A stretch of 64,000 nt of DNA from Rhizomicrobium sp. (GTDB lineage Bacteria > Pseudomonadota > Alphaproteobacteria > Micropepsales > Micropepsaceae). The translations under genes and the position numbers were made by a program. Position 1 is the first letter of the stretch. Each line of letters starts with the position of its first letter. The notes below the pieces were generated by a model. It searched no databases and was not told the origin of the DNA. It saw nothing but the letters and a program-made list of their open reading frames with translations. This document shows positions 1 through 10,363 of this stretch, in pieces. The stretch lies in assembly GCA_037201525.1 (NCBI GenBank), contig JBBCHP010000013.1, forward strand, positions 4,068-68,067. The letters run 5' to 3'.

Positions 1-412
1 CGTCGAAAGCTTCGAGACCTTCGGCGAGATAGTCGCCCAACAACGGAAGACCGAGAAGATATTGCGCGGTGCGCTTGTTGTGCTCCGTCTGCGCGGTCTC
101 GATCGCTTCGTCCCAGTCTTCGATGTCGTATGTGCCGCGTCCCACCCAGGCGAGGGCGACGAGATTGATTTGCTCTTCCTCGTTCAGCCCATTGATGAAC
201 TGGACAAGTTCGCTGCGCACAGCGTCGTCTTCCGGCTTGTCTTCCAGAACATCGGCCTCGCCGTCGTCCGCGGCGTTCGAGCCTTCGTCGGGATCACTGT
301 CGCCTTCCTTTGCGTCATACTGGCGCGCTTTCACGATGATAAAGCGCACTTTCTCGACGGAGATGCCGAGTTCGATCATGTCTTCGTCGTCATCTTCCTC
401 GATAATCGGCAT
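1..412 (-). CDS. DUF3775 domain-containing protein (3' end runs off window)
   Basis: Hand translation of the minus strand from ATG at 412: MPIIEEDDDEDMIELGISVEKVRFIIVKARQYDAKE...LNEEEQINLVALAWVGRG...RTAQYLLGLPLLGDYLAEGLEAF, matching the DUF3775 pattern. Not in the ORF track because it has no stop in the window. Confidence 0.8.
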   Translation of the reverse strand, partial: MPIIEEDDDEDMIELGISVEKVRFIIVKARQYDAKEGDSDPDEGSNAADDGEADVLEDKPEDDAVRSELVQFINGLNEEEQINLVALAWVGRGTYDIEDWDEAIETAQTEHNKRTAQYLLGLPLLGDYLAEGLEAFD

Positions 413-504
413 GTGCAATCCCTTTGCGATAATCAATGCTCAAACGGTTACGCTAGAGGTTACGTTCCCGGTTTGACAGCAACGCGAATGGACAAATTCG
501 TCAT

Positions 505-533
505 TTGACCTACGCGCGGCGAATCCCTACACA
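505..533 (+). promoter_or_regulatory. Putative sigma70 promoter of serC-serA
   Basis: TTGACC (505-510), a 17-bp spacer, then TACACA (528-533), directly upstream of the serC leader. Confidence 0.45.
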
Positions 534-534
534 G

Positions 535-590
535 GGGGCGGGCCACGCCGCCCCAACGCGGCGCGAACATTCTGGAAGGAATGTCTGATG
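535..590 (+). ncRNA. serC leader-like cis-regulatory RNA
   Basis: Hairpin CGCCGC/GCGGCG (546-563) followed by hairpin ACATTC/GAATGT (567-584) that covers the GGAAGGA RBS of serC. Position and architecture match the alphaproteobacterial serC leader motif. Confidence 0.5.
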
Positions 591-1745
591 ACCGAACAAG
601 TCCATCCGGTCGTGCGTCCCGCACGGCCTTTTTTTTCGTCCGGACCCTGCGCCAAACGGCCGGGTTGGACCACGGAAGTCCTCGATACGGCGCTGCTAGG
701 GCGCTCGCATCGCTCCGGACCCGGCAAAGCGAAACTGAAAGACGCGATCGACCGCACCAAGAAATTGCTCGGCGTGCCGGACGATTATCGCGTCGGCATC
801 GTGCCCGCGTCGGATACGGGCGCGATGGAGATCGCGATGTGGTCGATGCTGGGGCCGCGTCCGCTCGATTGCTTTGCGTGGGAAAGCTTCGGCGAGGATT
901 GGGTCACCGACACAATCAAACAGTTGAAGATCAAGGATGGGCGCGTGCTGAAAGCCGAATACGGCGATCTGCCCGATCTCAAACAAGCCGATCCGTCACA
1001 CGACATCGTGTTCCTGTGGAACGGCACGACGTCAGGCGTGCGCGTGCCGAATGCCGACTGGATCAGCGCGAACCGCGAAGGGATCACCATCTGCGATGCG
1101 ACCAGTGCTGCGTTCGCGATGGATCTCGACTGGTCGAAGCTCGATGTCACGACCTTTTCCCTGGCAGAAGGTTCTGGGTGGCGAGGCCGCGCATGGCGTG
1201 ATGGTGCTGTCGCCGCGCGCGGTGACGCGACTGGAAAGTTACACGCCGCCCTGGCCGATGCCGAAGATTTTCCGCCTGACCAAAGACAACAAGCTCAACG
1301 ACGCGATCTTCGAAGGTGAGACGATCAACACGCCGTCGATGCTGGTGGTCGAGGATTATCTCGACGCGCTGACATGGGCTGAAGGCATCGGCGGACTGAA
1401 AGCGTTACAGGCGCGCGCAAATGCCAACTTCGCGGCGCTGTCGGCGTGGGTGACGAAAAGCAACTGGGTCGATTTCCTGGCGGGCGATGCGTCGTATCGC
1501 TCCAACACCAGCGTGTGTTTGAAGATTACCGATCCCGCGTTCACGAAGCTTGACGACGATGCGCGCTACGCAATGGTGCAGAAGATCGCCAATGTGCTTG
1601 AGGCCGAAGGTGTCGCGTTCGACATTGCTGGCCATCGCAATGCACCGGCTGGCCTGCGCATCTGGTGCGGCGCAACGGTCGAAACCGCCGAGATTGAAGC
1701 GCTGACGCCTTGCTCGATTGGGCCTGGGCACAGGTGAAGGGCTGA
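588..1745 (+). CDS. serC: Phosphoserine aminotransferase (frameshifted near 1160 and 1712)
   Basis: [31 protein letters not shown], (FS)[31 protein letters not shown], spread over ORFs 588..1319 and 1051..1737. Confidence 0.93.
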
Positions 1746-1748
1746 GCC

Positions 1749-3330
1749 ATGCCGAAAGTCCTGATTGCCGACAAACTCTCGCCTGCCGCCGTGGCGATCT
1801 TCAAGGAGCGCGGTGTCGAGGCCGATGTGAAGACAGGTTTGAGCAAGGAAGAATTGCTCAAGATCGTCGATCAATATGACGGCATCGCCATAAGGTCTGC
1901 GACCAAGATCACGGCAGACGTCATCAAGGCCGCGAAAAACTTAAAAGTCGTCGGCCGCGCCGGTATCGGCGTCGATAATGTCGATATCTCGGCTGCGACG
2001 GCCGCGGGCGTGATCGTGATGAACACGCCGCACGGCAATTCCATCACCACCGCAGAACACGCCATTGCGCTGATGATGGCGCTGGCGCGCGAGCTTCCGG
2101 CCGCCAACGCCTCCACCCAGGCGGGCAAGTGGGAGAAGAACCGCTTCATGGGTGTCGAACTGACCGGCAAGGTTCTGGGCCTCGTCGGCGCGGGCAATAT
2201 CGGCAGTATAGTTGCCGACCGCGCCAAGGGCTTGCGCATGCGTGTGATCGCGTTCGACCCCTATCTCTCGCCGGAGCGCGCGCAGTCACTCGGCATCGAG
2301 AAAGTCGAATTGAACGACCTTCTTGCGCGGGCGGATTTCATCACCCTGCACACACCGCTGACCAACGACACACGCAACATCATCTCGGCCGATGCCATCA
2401 ACCGCATGAAGAAGGGCGCGCGGCTCATCAACTGTGCGCGTGGCGGGTTGGTGGATGAGCACGCGCTGAAAATCGCGCTCGACAGTGGGCACATCGCCGG
2501 GGCGGCGCTCGATGTGTTCGAGGAGGAGCCCGCGACCGCGAACATTCTCTTCGGCAACGACAAGGTTGTCGCCACGCCGCATCTTGGCGCATCTACCACG
2601 GAAGCGCAGGAGAACGTGGCGCTGCAGGTCGCGGAGCAGATTTCCGATTACCTGCTCACCGGCGCGATTGCCAATGCGCTCAACATGCCGTCGATCAGCG
2701 CGGAGGAAGCGGCGAAGATCAGGCCCTGGATTTCGCTGGCCGAGAAGTTGGGTGCATTCGCGGGCCAACTCACGGACACAAGTATCGCGGGCGTCGAGAT
2801 TCTCTATGAAGGCTCAGTTGCGGCGCTCAACACCCGCGCGCTGACGCAGGCTGCGCTTGCAGGATTGCTCAGGCCCACACTCGCAGATGTGAACATGGTC
2901 AACGCCCCGGTCGTCGCGAAAGAGCGCGGCATCAAGGTCAGTGAAATCCGCCGTGACCAGCAAGGCGCATACGAGGGTTACATGAAGATCACCGCGACGC
3001 TCACGGACGAAAGCTCACGCCGCATCGCCGGCACCGTATTCTCGGACGGCCGCCCACGCCTCATCCAGGTGCGCGACATCAATCTCGATGCCGAGTTCGC
3101 ATCGCACATGCTCTATGTCATCAACGAGGATAAGCCGGGCATGATCGGACGTCTCGGCACGTTGCTTGGCGATGCCAGTGTGAACATCGCGTCCTTTGCG
3201 CTCGGACGTTCGGCACCGGGCAGCGATGCAATTGCGTTGCTGGAAGTGGATGGTGGGCGTGGACGACAAAACGTTGGCCGCGCTTCGCAAGCTTCCGCAT
3301 GTAAAGCAGGCGTCCGCTCTGAGGTTCTGA
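1749..3330 (+). CDS. serA: D-3-phosphoglycerate dehydrogenase (frameshift near 3255 hides the true C-terminus ...LPHVKQASALRF*)
   Basis: RAGIGVDNVD, GLVGAGNIGS, INCARGGLVDE, TPHLGAST, C-terminal ACT domain DKPGMIG; follows serC. Confidence 0.95.
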
Positions 3331-3395
3331 GGAGCGCGGCGCTTGCAATCGTTCGCCCGCCGCCCCATCTCACGGGGCAAGTGGGAGGACCTGTC

Positions 3396-4001
3396 ATGCG
3401 GAATTTCATAGACCCATCGGACGCGATCTATATTCCTTGGACCCTGTGGGCAGCGACCTGGATTGTTGCGGCGGCCTGGGCCAATCGCACCGTCGCGGGT
3501 GCCGGCGTCACGCGGCAAGCGCCCTACCGCCTTTTCACCACCGGTGGCTTTATCCTGCTTCTGGTGTTCTTCGCCGGTGGCGGACATATACCCGAAGCCA
3601 TCGGCTTCCTGTTTCAGCGACACTGGGAGTTTCCCGCAGAAGTTCAGTGGGCGATGGTCGGATTGGCGACGCTCGGATTTTTGTTCTGCTGGTGGGCGCG
3701 CATCCATCTGGGCGCGTTGTGGTCTGGCCGCATCACGCGCAAGGAAGGCCATCGTGTAGTCGATACAGGACCGTACCGGCTGGTGCGCCATCCGATCTAC
3801 ACCGGCATTCTGACCGCTGCGCTCGCGACGATGCTCCTCAAAGGCACAAACACATCGATCATCGGGTTTGTGCTGCTCGTCATCGGCTATTGGATGAAGG
3901 GCAAGCTCGAAGAGCGCTTCCTGCGCGAAGAACTCGGCCCGGCGGACTACGACGCCTATCGGGCGCGTACGCCGATGCTGGTTCCCTTCGCGCCGGTCTA
4001 A
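3396..4001 (+). CDS. Isoprenylcysteine carboxylmethyltransferase (ICMT/PEMT) family membrane protein
   Basis: Own RBS GGAGG before ATG 3396; several TM helices; HRVVDTGPYRLVRHPIYTG and EERFL motifs. Confidence 0.85.
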   Translation: MRNFIDPSDAIYIPWTLWAATWIVAAAWANRTVAGAGVTRQAPYRLFTTGGFILLLVFFAGGGHIPEAIGFLFQRHWEFPAEVQWAMVGLATLGFLFCWWARIHLGALWSGRITRKEGHRVVDTGPYRLVRHPIYTGILTAALATMLLKGTNTSIIGFVLLVIGYWMKGKLEERFLREELGPADYDAYRARTPMLVPFAPV

Positions 4002-4288
4002 ACCGCGTCGAGATACTGGATGTCCGGACGGCCCGCGAGGCACGCGCCGATTCCGGGACCTGCGGCGCGGAAGTGATCCGATTTGCCGTGCGCTTCGATC
4101 GCGGCCTGATCGTCGTACATCTCCATGACGATATAGGTGTCTTCTGCCGTGCGTGATTTGCAGAGCGTATAGAACTTGTTGCCCGGTTCGTTCGCACGAA
4201 CCTCTGCGGCGAGGTCCTTGAAGACCGCTTCAAGATCGGCGCCTTTGCCGGGTTGAACTTTCAAGGTTGCGATTACACCAACAGCCAT
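3998..4288 (-). CDS. Antibiotic biosynthesis monooxygenase (ABM) family / putative quinol monooxygenase
   Basis: MAVGVIATLKVQPGK...NEPGNKFY...EMYDDQAAIEAHGKSDHF. Confidence 0.85.
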   Translation of the reverse strand: MAVGVIATLKVQPGKGADLEAVFKDLAAEVRANEPGNKFYTLCKSRTAEDTYIVMEMYDDQAAIEAHGKSDHFRAAGPGIGACLAGRPDIQYLDAV

Positions 4289-4302
4289 GACCAATTCTCC
4301 TG

Positions 4303-5100
4303 TTATCGTCCCTTGTAATCCGGCGCGCGCTTCTCGAAGAAGGCTGACACCGCTTCCTTGTGATCTTCGGTAAGATGCGCAAGCGCCTGATAGGCTGCCG
4401 ACATCTCCATGATCGTGTCGAAGCTGACGTTCTGGCCTTCGCGCATGAGCTTTTTGGTCATGCGCAGCACGTCCGGCGGCTGACGGCAGATGCGGGCGGC
4501 CAATGCGCGCGCTTCGTCCATCAACGATGCGGCGGACACGATCTTTGAAACCAGTCCCCAGTTCAACGCCGTTGCGGCGTCGATAGTGTCGGCGGTGAAC
4601 ACGAGCTCGGCCGCACGTGCATAACCGATCACGCGCGGCAAAATCCACGATCCTCCATCGCCGGGTACAAGACCGATCTTGAGGAATGTCGCGCCGAAGA
4701 TCGCATTGTCGGCGGCGACACGCATGTCGGCGAGGCATGCAACATCGTTGCCGAGGCCGATGGCATGGCCATTCACGGCCGCGACCAGCGGGACTTCGAT
4801 CCCCCAGATGGAGCGAACGATCCTGTGGATTCCATGACGATAGCGTTCGCGAATATGCACGCCGGCGCCGGCAAACGCGCCGGAGCGCTCGCGCATCGCC
4901 TTCACATTGCCGCCGGCGGAAAAGGATTGCCCGGCGCCGGTCAGGATCGCGCAGCGAACCTCGCGGTCGCTGTTAATCCGCGCAACCGCATCGGCGAACA
5001 GCTCGCCGTCGCCGTCTTCACCCAGCGGATTGCGGCTTTCCGGACGATTGATCGTCAGCGTGACGACCGGCCCGGACTTCTCGAACAGAAGCGCGCTCAC
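4303..5100 (-). CDS. Enoyl-CoA hydratase/crotonase family protein
   Basis: LTINRPESRN, FSAGGNVK, VAAVNGHAIGLG, KIGLVPGDGG. Confidence 0.9.
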   Translation of the reverse strand: MSALLFEKSGPVVTLTINRPESRNPLGEDGDGELFADAVARINSDREVRCAILTGAGQSFSAGGNVKAMRERSGAFAGAGVHIRERYRHGIHRIVRSIWGIEVPLVAAVNGHAIGLGNDVACLADMRVAADNAIFGATFLKIGLVPGDGGSWILPRVIGYARAAELVFTADTIDAATALNWGLVSKIVSAASLMDEARALAARICRQPPDVLRMTKKLMREGQNVSFDTIMEMSAAYQALAHLTEDHKEAVSAFFEKRAPDYKGR

Positions 5101-6242
5101 GCGGCTTTGTCCGCATCCAAGGCGGCATAGCGCTTCAGATGATAATCGACGTTGCCGTAAAGCGTGTCGATCATGGTGAGCCGCTTGAAGTAGTGCCCAA
5201 CGTTGAGTTCGTCCGTCATTCCCATGCCGCCGTGGATTTGGACCGCGCCTTGGCCCACGAAACGGCCTGAGTTGCCGATCTGCACTTTCGCGGCCGACGC
5301 CGCCTTCTTGCGCTCGGCGTCGTTTTTGTCGAGGGAGAGTGTGACCATCAATGTGATGGAATAGGACTGCTCGTAATTGACGAACATGTCGACCATATGA
5401 TGTTGCAGTACCTGGAACTTGCCGATCGGCACGCCGAACTGCTTGCGGGTCTTGGAATATTCGACCGTCGCATCGACCAGCACTTTCATCGCGCCTGTCG
5501 CTTCCGCGCAGGTCGCGGCAATCGCTTCATCGACAGCGCGCTCAATGAGCGGCAACCCGTTGTCCAGTTCGCCGATCAGACGCTCTGCCGGCACCTCGAC
5601 ATTCTCGAATGTGATTTCCGAGGCGCGCGTGCCATCCATCGTCGGGAAATCGCGCATCGATACACCTTTGGATTTCTTGTCGATGAGAAAGACGCTCACG
5701 CCTTTCTCGTCGCGACGGCCACCGGATGTGCGTGCCGTGACGATCAGCTGATCCGCCCAGGGCGCCGCGATCACGACAGCCTTGTGGCCATTCAAGACAA
5801 AGCCGGAGCCCTGCTTCTTCGCCGTCGTCGTAAGGTCCGCGAGATTGTAGCGGCCCTGCGGCTCCGCAAACGCAAATGCCATCATGGTTTCGCCGCCCGC
5901 GATCTTGGCGAGCCATTCTTCCTTCTGCGCATCGGAACCCGCGGCAGCGAGAAGGCCGCCGCCGATCACCACGGTCGGCACATAGGGTTCGATCACCAGC
6001 GCACGGCCAAATTCCTGCATGATGATCATGGACGACATGGCATCGCCGCCGAGACCTCCATGTGCTTCCGGAAGCGGCGCAGCCAGAAGCCCCAGTTCCG
6101 CAAATTGCGCCCAGTGCTTGGGATCGCGTCCCGACTCGCTCCGCGTAAATTTGCGCCAGTCGTCGTATTTGTAGTTATCGGCGAGGTACTTCTCGACCGA
6201 ATTGCGCAAGAGCGTCTGTTCCTCGGTGAAGGAGAAATCCAT
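5097..6242 (-). CDS. Acyl-CoA dehydrogenase, PimD-like small subunit
   Basis: MDFSFTEEQ, RKQFGVPIGKFQVLQH, QIHGGMGMTDE. Confidence 0.9.
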   Translation of the reverse strand: MDFSFTEEQTLLRNSVEKYLADNYKYDDWRKFTRSESGRDPKHWAQFAELGLLAAPLPEAHGGLGGDAMSSMIIMQEFGRALVIEPYVPTVVIGGGLLAAAGSDAQKEEWLAKIAGGETMMAFAFAEPQGRYNLADLTTTAKKQGSGFVLNGHKAVVIAAPWADQLIVTARTSGGRRDEKGVSVFLIDKKSKGVSMRDFPTMDGTRASEITFENVEVPAERLIGELDNGLPLIERAVDEAIAATCAEATGAMKVLVDATVEYSKTRKQFGVPIGKFQVLQHHMVDMFVNYEQSYSITLMVTLSLDKNDAERKKAASAAKVQIGNSGRFVGQGAVQIHGGMGMTDELNVGHYFKRLTMIDTLYGNVDYHLKRYAALDADKAA

Positions 6243-6263
6243 GAACGTTGTCCCTGTCTGGTC

Positions 6264-7457
6264 TTATAAGCCGAGCACGGCCTTTGCGATGATGTTGCGC
6301 TGAATCTCGTTCGAGCCGCCGTAGATCGACGCCTTGCGCATATTGAAATAGCGGCCGGCGGCGCCGACGGCATAGTCGGGCCCGACGGGATATTCGTTGC
6401 TGCCCTGGCGGCGGTCATAGGGAAACGCGTAATAGCCGACGGCTTCTTCGGTGAGCTCGGTAATGCGCTGCTGAATTTCCGTGCCGCGGATTTTCAGGAT
6501 CGAGCTTTCCGGCCCTGCCATCTGGCCTTTGGATTCCGCCGCCAGCGTGCGCAGCTCAGTGTATTCGAGTGCGGAGAGTTCGATCTCAAGTTCCGCCACA
6601 ATAGATTACGTATAGTCGGTCTCGATCAACGGCTTGCCGTCATCCAATTCGGCGCGGGCAATTTCTTTGAGCTTTTCCACCGCACGCTTTGAGCCAGCGA
6701 CCCGCGCGATCCCGGAGCGTTCGTTCACCAGCAGGAACTTGGCGTAGGTCCAGCCTTTGTTCTCTTCGCCGACGCGGTTGGCAACCGGGACTTTCACATT
6801 GTCGAAGAAAACCTCGTTCACCTCATGTGCGCCGTCGAGAACGATGATCGGCTTCACGGTGATGCCGGGAGACTTCATGTCGATCAGCAGGAACGAGATG
6901 CCTTCCTGCTGTTTCACATCTGTATCGGTGCGAACGAGGCAGAAAATCCAGTCGGCGTATTGCGCGAGCGTCGTCCACGTCTTCTGGCCGTTGACGATAT
7001 AGTGGTCGCCCTCACGCACAGCCCGCGTGCGCAGACTCGCCAGATCGGAGCCGGAGCTGGGCTCCGAGTAACCCTGACACCACCAATCCTCGCCGGACAT
7101 GATGCGCGGCAGAAATTTCTTCTTTTGCTCGTCGTTTCCAAACGTGAAGATCACCGGTCCAACCATCGAAAGACCGAACGGCAGAGTCACCGGCGTCTCC
7201 GCCTTGGCGCATTCTTCGTTGAAGATATATCGCTGGGTCACACTCCAGCCCGGGCCGCCGTATTGTTTCGGCCACAACGGCGCGACCCAGCCCTTCTTGT
7301 AGAGAAGCTTGTGCCAGGCGAGGTAATCCTCTTTCGTCCGAGTGGCTGCCTCAGGCGCACCGACATCGGACTTCGGAAGCTTGGTCTTCGCATCGGCGAT
7401 GAAGTCGCGCACTTCGGCGCGGAAGGCTTCTTCTTCTGGCGAAAAGCTGATGTCCAT
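6264..7457 (-). CDS. Acyl-CoA dehydrogenase, PimC-like large subunit (broken near 6600)
   Basis: WCQGYSEPSSGSDLASL, GQKTWT, SIYGGSNEIQRNII, over ORFs 6606..7532 and 6264..6599. Confidence 0.88.
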
Positions 7458-7509
7458 GGGCGTGCCTCCGATGTTCTTGGGTGCGATGATACAACCGCGC
7501 GGACGAAGC

Positions 7510-8823
7510 TCAACCCTGCGACAAAGCCGCAATCACGCGATCCAGCACGGGCTGCCAATCGCCGTGCTTTACCTGACGGAAGAGACGCATTGTCGGGTAC
7601 CAGGGGCTCGTCTCACCTTCGAGGCCCCAGCGCCAATCCGGCGACAGGCTGAGCAGCGTCCAGGCGGGACGGCCGAGCGCGCCTGCGAGATGGCAAAAGA
7701 CGGTATCGACGGAAATGGTCAAATCGGCGACCGTCATCAGGGCTGCAACATCGTTGAGATCGGTGTTGCCCAGCCTGATCACATTCGGCGTATCGGGCGC
7801 ACCTTCATCGTCTTTCTGGATCACCAGGAAACGCACATTCGATTGTCTGAACAACGGCGCGATCTGTTCGGTGGTGAGGGAGCGGCGATGGTCGTTGCGG
7901 TGGCCGGGATTGCCCTGCCAAGCGATCGCAACGGTCTTCTGTCCCGTTTCGCCCAGTTTTTCCCGCCACGCGGCGACCTTCGCGGGATCGGCATGAATAT
8001 AAGGCACGGTGTTGGGCACCGTCGCCAGAGTGGTGCGAAACATCGCGGGCAGGCTTGGCAGCGCGACGCTGTAGTCGAAACCCGGCAGCGTGTAGCTCGG
8101 CTCCACGATTTGGGTGGCCCCATCGACGGTCGCGGCCAGCGCCATGATCTCCTGACGCACGGCAAGCAGAACACGCGCTTTATGCTTGGCCAGCAGTGGC
8201 ACATAACGCAGGAATTGGATGGCATCGCCCAGCCCCTGTTCGCTGTGTACCAGCAAGCTGCGCCCTGCGATCTCATCACCATTCCAAACCGGAAGCAGCG
8301 CTGGCGTTGTTCAACCGCGAGAGACGGCTTTTCATAGTCGCTCCAACCTTCCGGCATCTCGCCGAGCGCGAGCCTCACGGCGGCAAGGCCGAAACGGGCC
8401 TCCCGGTTCAAAGGATCGCGCTGCACGGCACCGGCATAGGCCTGCCGCGCGTCTTCCATGCGCGCCTGCGTTCGCATCAGATCGCCCAGGAAAACGATAA
8501 GGTTCTGACGACAAAGGCGCCGCCGCCATTGCGGCTTTCAGCGCGATTTCGGACTTCTCGAACGCGTCCATGTCCAACAGCACCGCGCCGACGCCGAGAT
8601 GCGCGGCGGCTTTCAGATCGGGGTCGAGTTTCGCCGATGTTTCGAACGCATGCATGGACTGGCGATAGCGCTTAAGGCGATGCAGCACTGTGCCGAGGTT
8701 GTGGTGGGCCGCCGCGAACCCCGGATTGTCGCGGATCGTCGCGCGATAGAACCGCTCCGCGGACTCGAGCCGGCCGGCATGCTGATGTTCAAGCGCGGTC
8801 TGGAATTTCTTCTGCCAAGCCAT
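7510..8823 (-). CDS. TPR-repeat plus GT-B (GT9-like) glycosyltransferase (frameshifted)
   Basis: N-terminal TPRs (AAHHNLGTVL, AHLGVGAVL); C-terminal EQGLGDAIQFLRY, IAWQGNP, DLTISVDT..HLAGALGRP, WRWGL...PWYPTMRLFRQ. Confidence 0.8.
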
Positions 8824-8837
8824 AGCGGGGACCGATA

Positions 8838-9119
8838 TCAGCGGCGCATGGCTTCATGATGACGGATGACCTCTTGCACAATGAAGGTCAGGAATTTCTC
8901 GGCAAAGTCCGGATCGAGCTTTGCGGTCCTGGCCAGCGCGCGCAGGCGTTCGATCTGCTGGGCTTCGCGCGCCGTATCGGCGGGGGGCAGGCCGTGTTCG
9001 GCCTTGTAGCGCCCGACGGCCTGCGTGCATTTGAACCGCTCGGCCAAAAGATGCACCAGCGCGGCATCGATATTGTCGATGCTGTCGCGCAGACGCAGCA
9101 GTTCTGAATCGGTCGTCAT
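8838..9119 (-). CDS. Chorismate mutase (type II, AroQ)
   Basis: LRDSIDNIDAALVHLLAERFKCTQAVG..K...PAD..REAQQIERLR. Confidence 0.9.
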   Translation of the reverse strand: MTTDSELLRLRDSIDNIDAALVHLLAERFKCTQAVGRYKAEHGLPPADTAREAQQIERLRALARTAKLDPDFAEKFLTFIVQEVIRHHEAMRR

Positions 9120-9270
9120 CGGCGTCTCTTTCGCTTCCCCGCTCGCACAAGCGTAGGGGCTGTGTTGCGGGGACGGCAAGGACCAATCGCATGCCGAGCA
9201 TCTTCGGTTCAGCGTAGGGTCGATTCCCCGCACCGATTCGGCGTCTGCTGCAAAATATCTTGCAAAGATT

Positions 9271-9296
9271 GTTATAATATAAAATACCCTTATAAC
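9271..9296. promoter_or_regulatory. Inverted repeat GTTATAA-N12-TTATAAC in the AT-rich region upstream of fliQ
   Basis: Perfect 7-bp dyad seen directly, between the divergent chorismate mutase and fliQ genes. Confidence 0.35.
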
Positions 9297-9322
9297 GGGC
9301 TTTGCACGGGTCGGGGGAATTT

Positions 9323-9590
9323 GTGGAAGGGGAACGGGTACTCGCACTCATGAATGAGTTGCTGTGGAACAGCATGCTCATTGCAGGGCCGGTCTTGGGG
9401 GCGGCGCTCGCGATCGGTTTGATCATCAGCGTGCTGCAAGTCGCAACACAATTGCAGGAAATGACCCTCAGCTATGTCCCCAAAACTCTTGGTTGCGGCT
9501 GTTGTCCTGCTCGTTTTGGGGCCCTGGATGATGTATCGGGCAACCCAATTCGCTATCGAGATGATCGCGCTCATTCCATCGCTTGGTTGA
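9323..9590 (+). CDS. fliQ: Export gate protein FliQ (frameshift near 9483)
   Basis: GPVLGAALAIGLIISVLQVATQLQEMTLSYVPK...LGPWMM. Confidence 0.88.
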
Positions 9591-9595
9591 GGTCG

Positions 9596-10362
9596 ATGGT
9601 GTCGCAAGCCCTTTCTGACTGGCTCATCTCGTGCTTGGTGCTCGGTCTCCGGATAGCGCTCGTCTTTGCATTTGCACCACCATTTACATTGGTGCGCATC
9701 CCGTTGCTTTTCCGGGTCTTGTTAGGTTTCGGACTGTCGATCGGGGTGCTGAACGCGCATTCCGGGCAACGTCCTTATCCAAGCAACTAATAGCGGCGCG
9801 GTTATCGCTGCGGCGGTCCGCGAACTTGGCTTAGGTCTGATCGCCGTGCTGGCGCTTCAGATTGCCTTTGGCGCCCTCTACGTGGCCGGCCGCACGCTGG
9901 ATATTCAGGCTGGCTACGGTCTCGCCGTCCTGATCGATCCGGGAACCCAATCGCAGGTGCCCCTGATCGGAACCTTGTTCGTATACGCAGCGGCTGTGGT
10001 GTTCTTCGGTGTCGATGGACACATCGCGTTGTTGCGTATGCTGGCTGCCTCGCTCGATGCCATTCCGCTTGGCGGCTGGACGATGCCGCATTCGATCGAG
10101 CGGCTGACAGCGTTTATCGGCATGACGTTTCTGACCGCTTTCGGTGTGGCAGGCGGGTCGATCCTGGCAATGTTTCTGATCGACATGGCGATCGCGCTTC
10201 TGTCGCGCACAGTGCCGCAGATGAACGTGCTCGTTCTCGGCTTTCAGGTGGAAAACGATTGTGCTTCTTCTGACGCTACCAGCGGCATTTGGCATAGGAG
10301 GCGCTCTGTTTCTGCGCCTGATGTCGATGGCGCTGCAAGCCATACCGCGGCTGATGTGGTGA
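9596..10362 (+). CDS. fliR: Export gate protein FliR (frameshifted)
   Basis: LRIALVFAFAPPF, AGRTLDIQAGYG, DGHIALLRML, ALLSRTVPQMNVLVLGF. Confidence 0.85.
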
Positions 10363-10363
10363 C

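Noticed and set aside
62-508. Plus-strand ORFs 62..508 and 69..476
   Set aside because: Shadows of the minus-strand DUF3775 gene
1749-4001. Apparent 750-aa SerA-ICMT fusion
   Set aside because: An indel near 3255 bypasses the natural SerA end (...ASALRF* at 3330), and the ICMT gene has its own RBS and ATG at 3396
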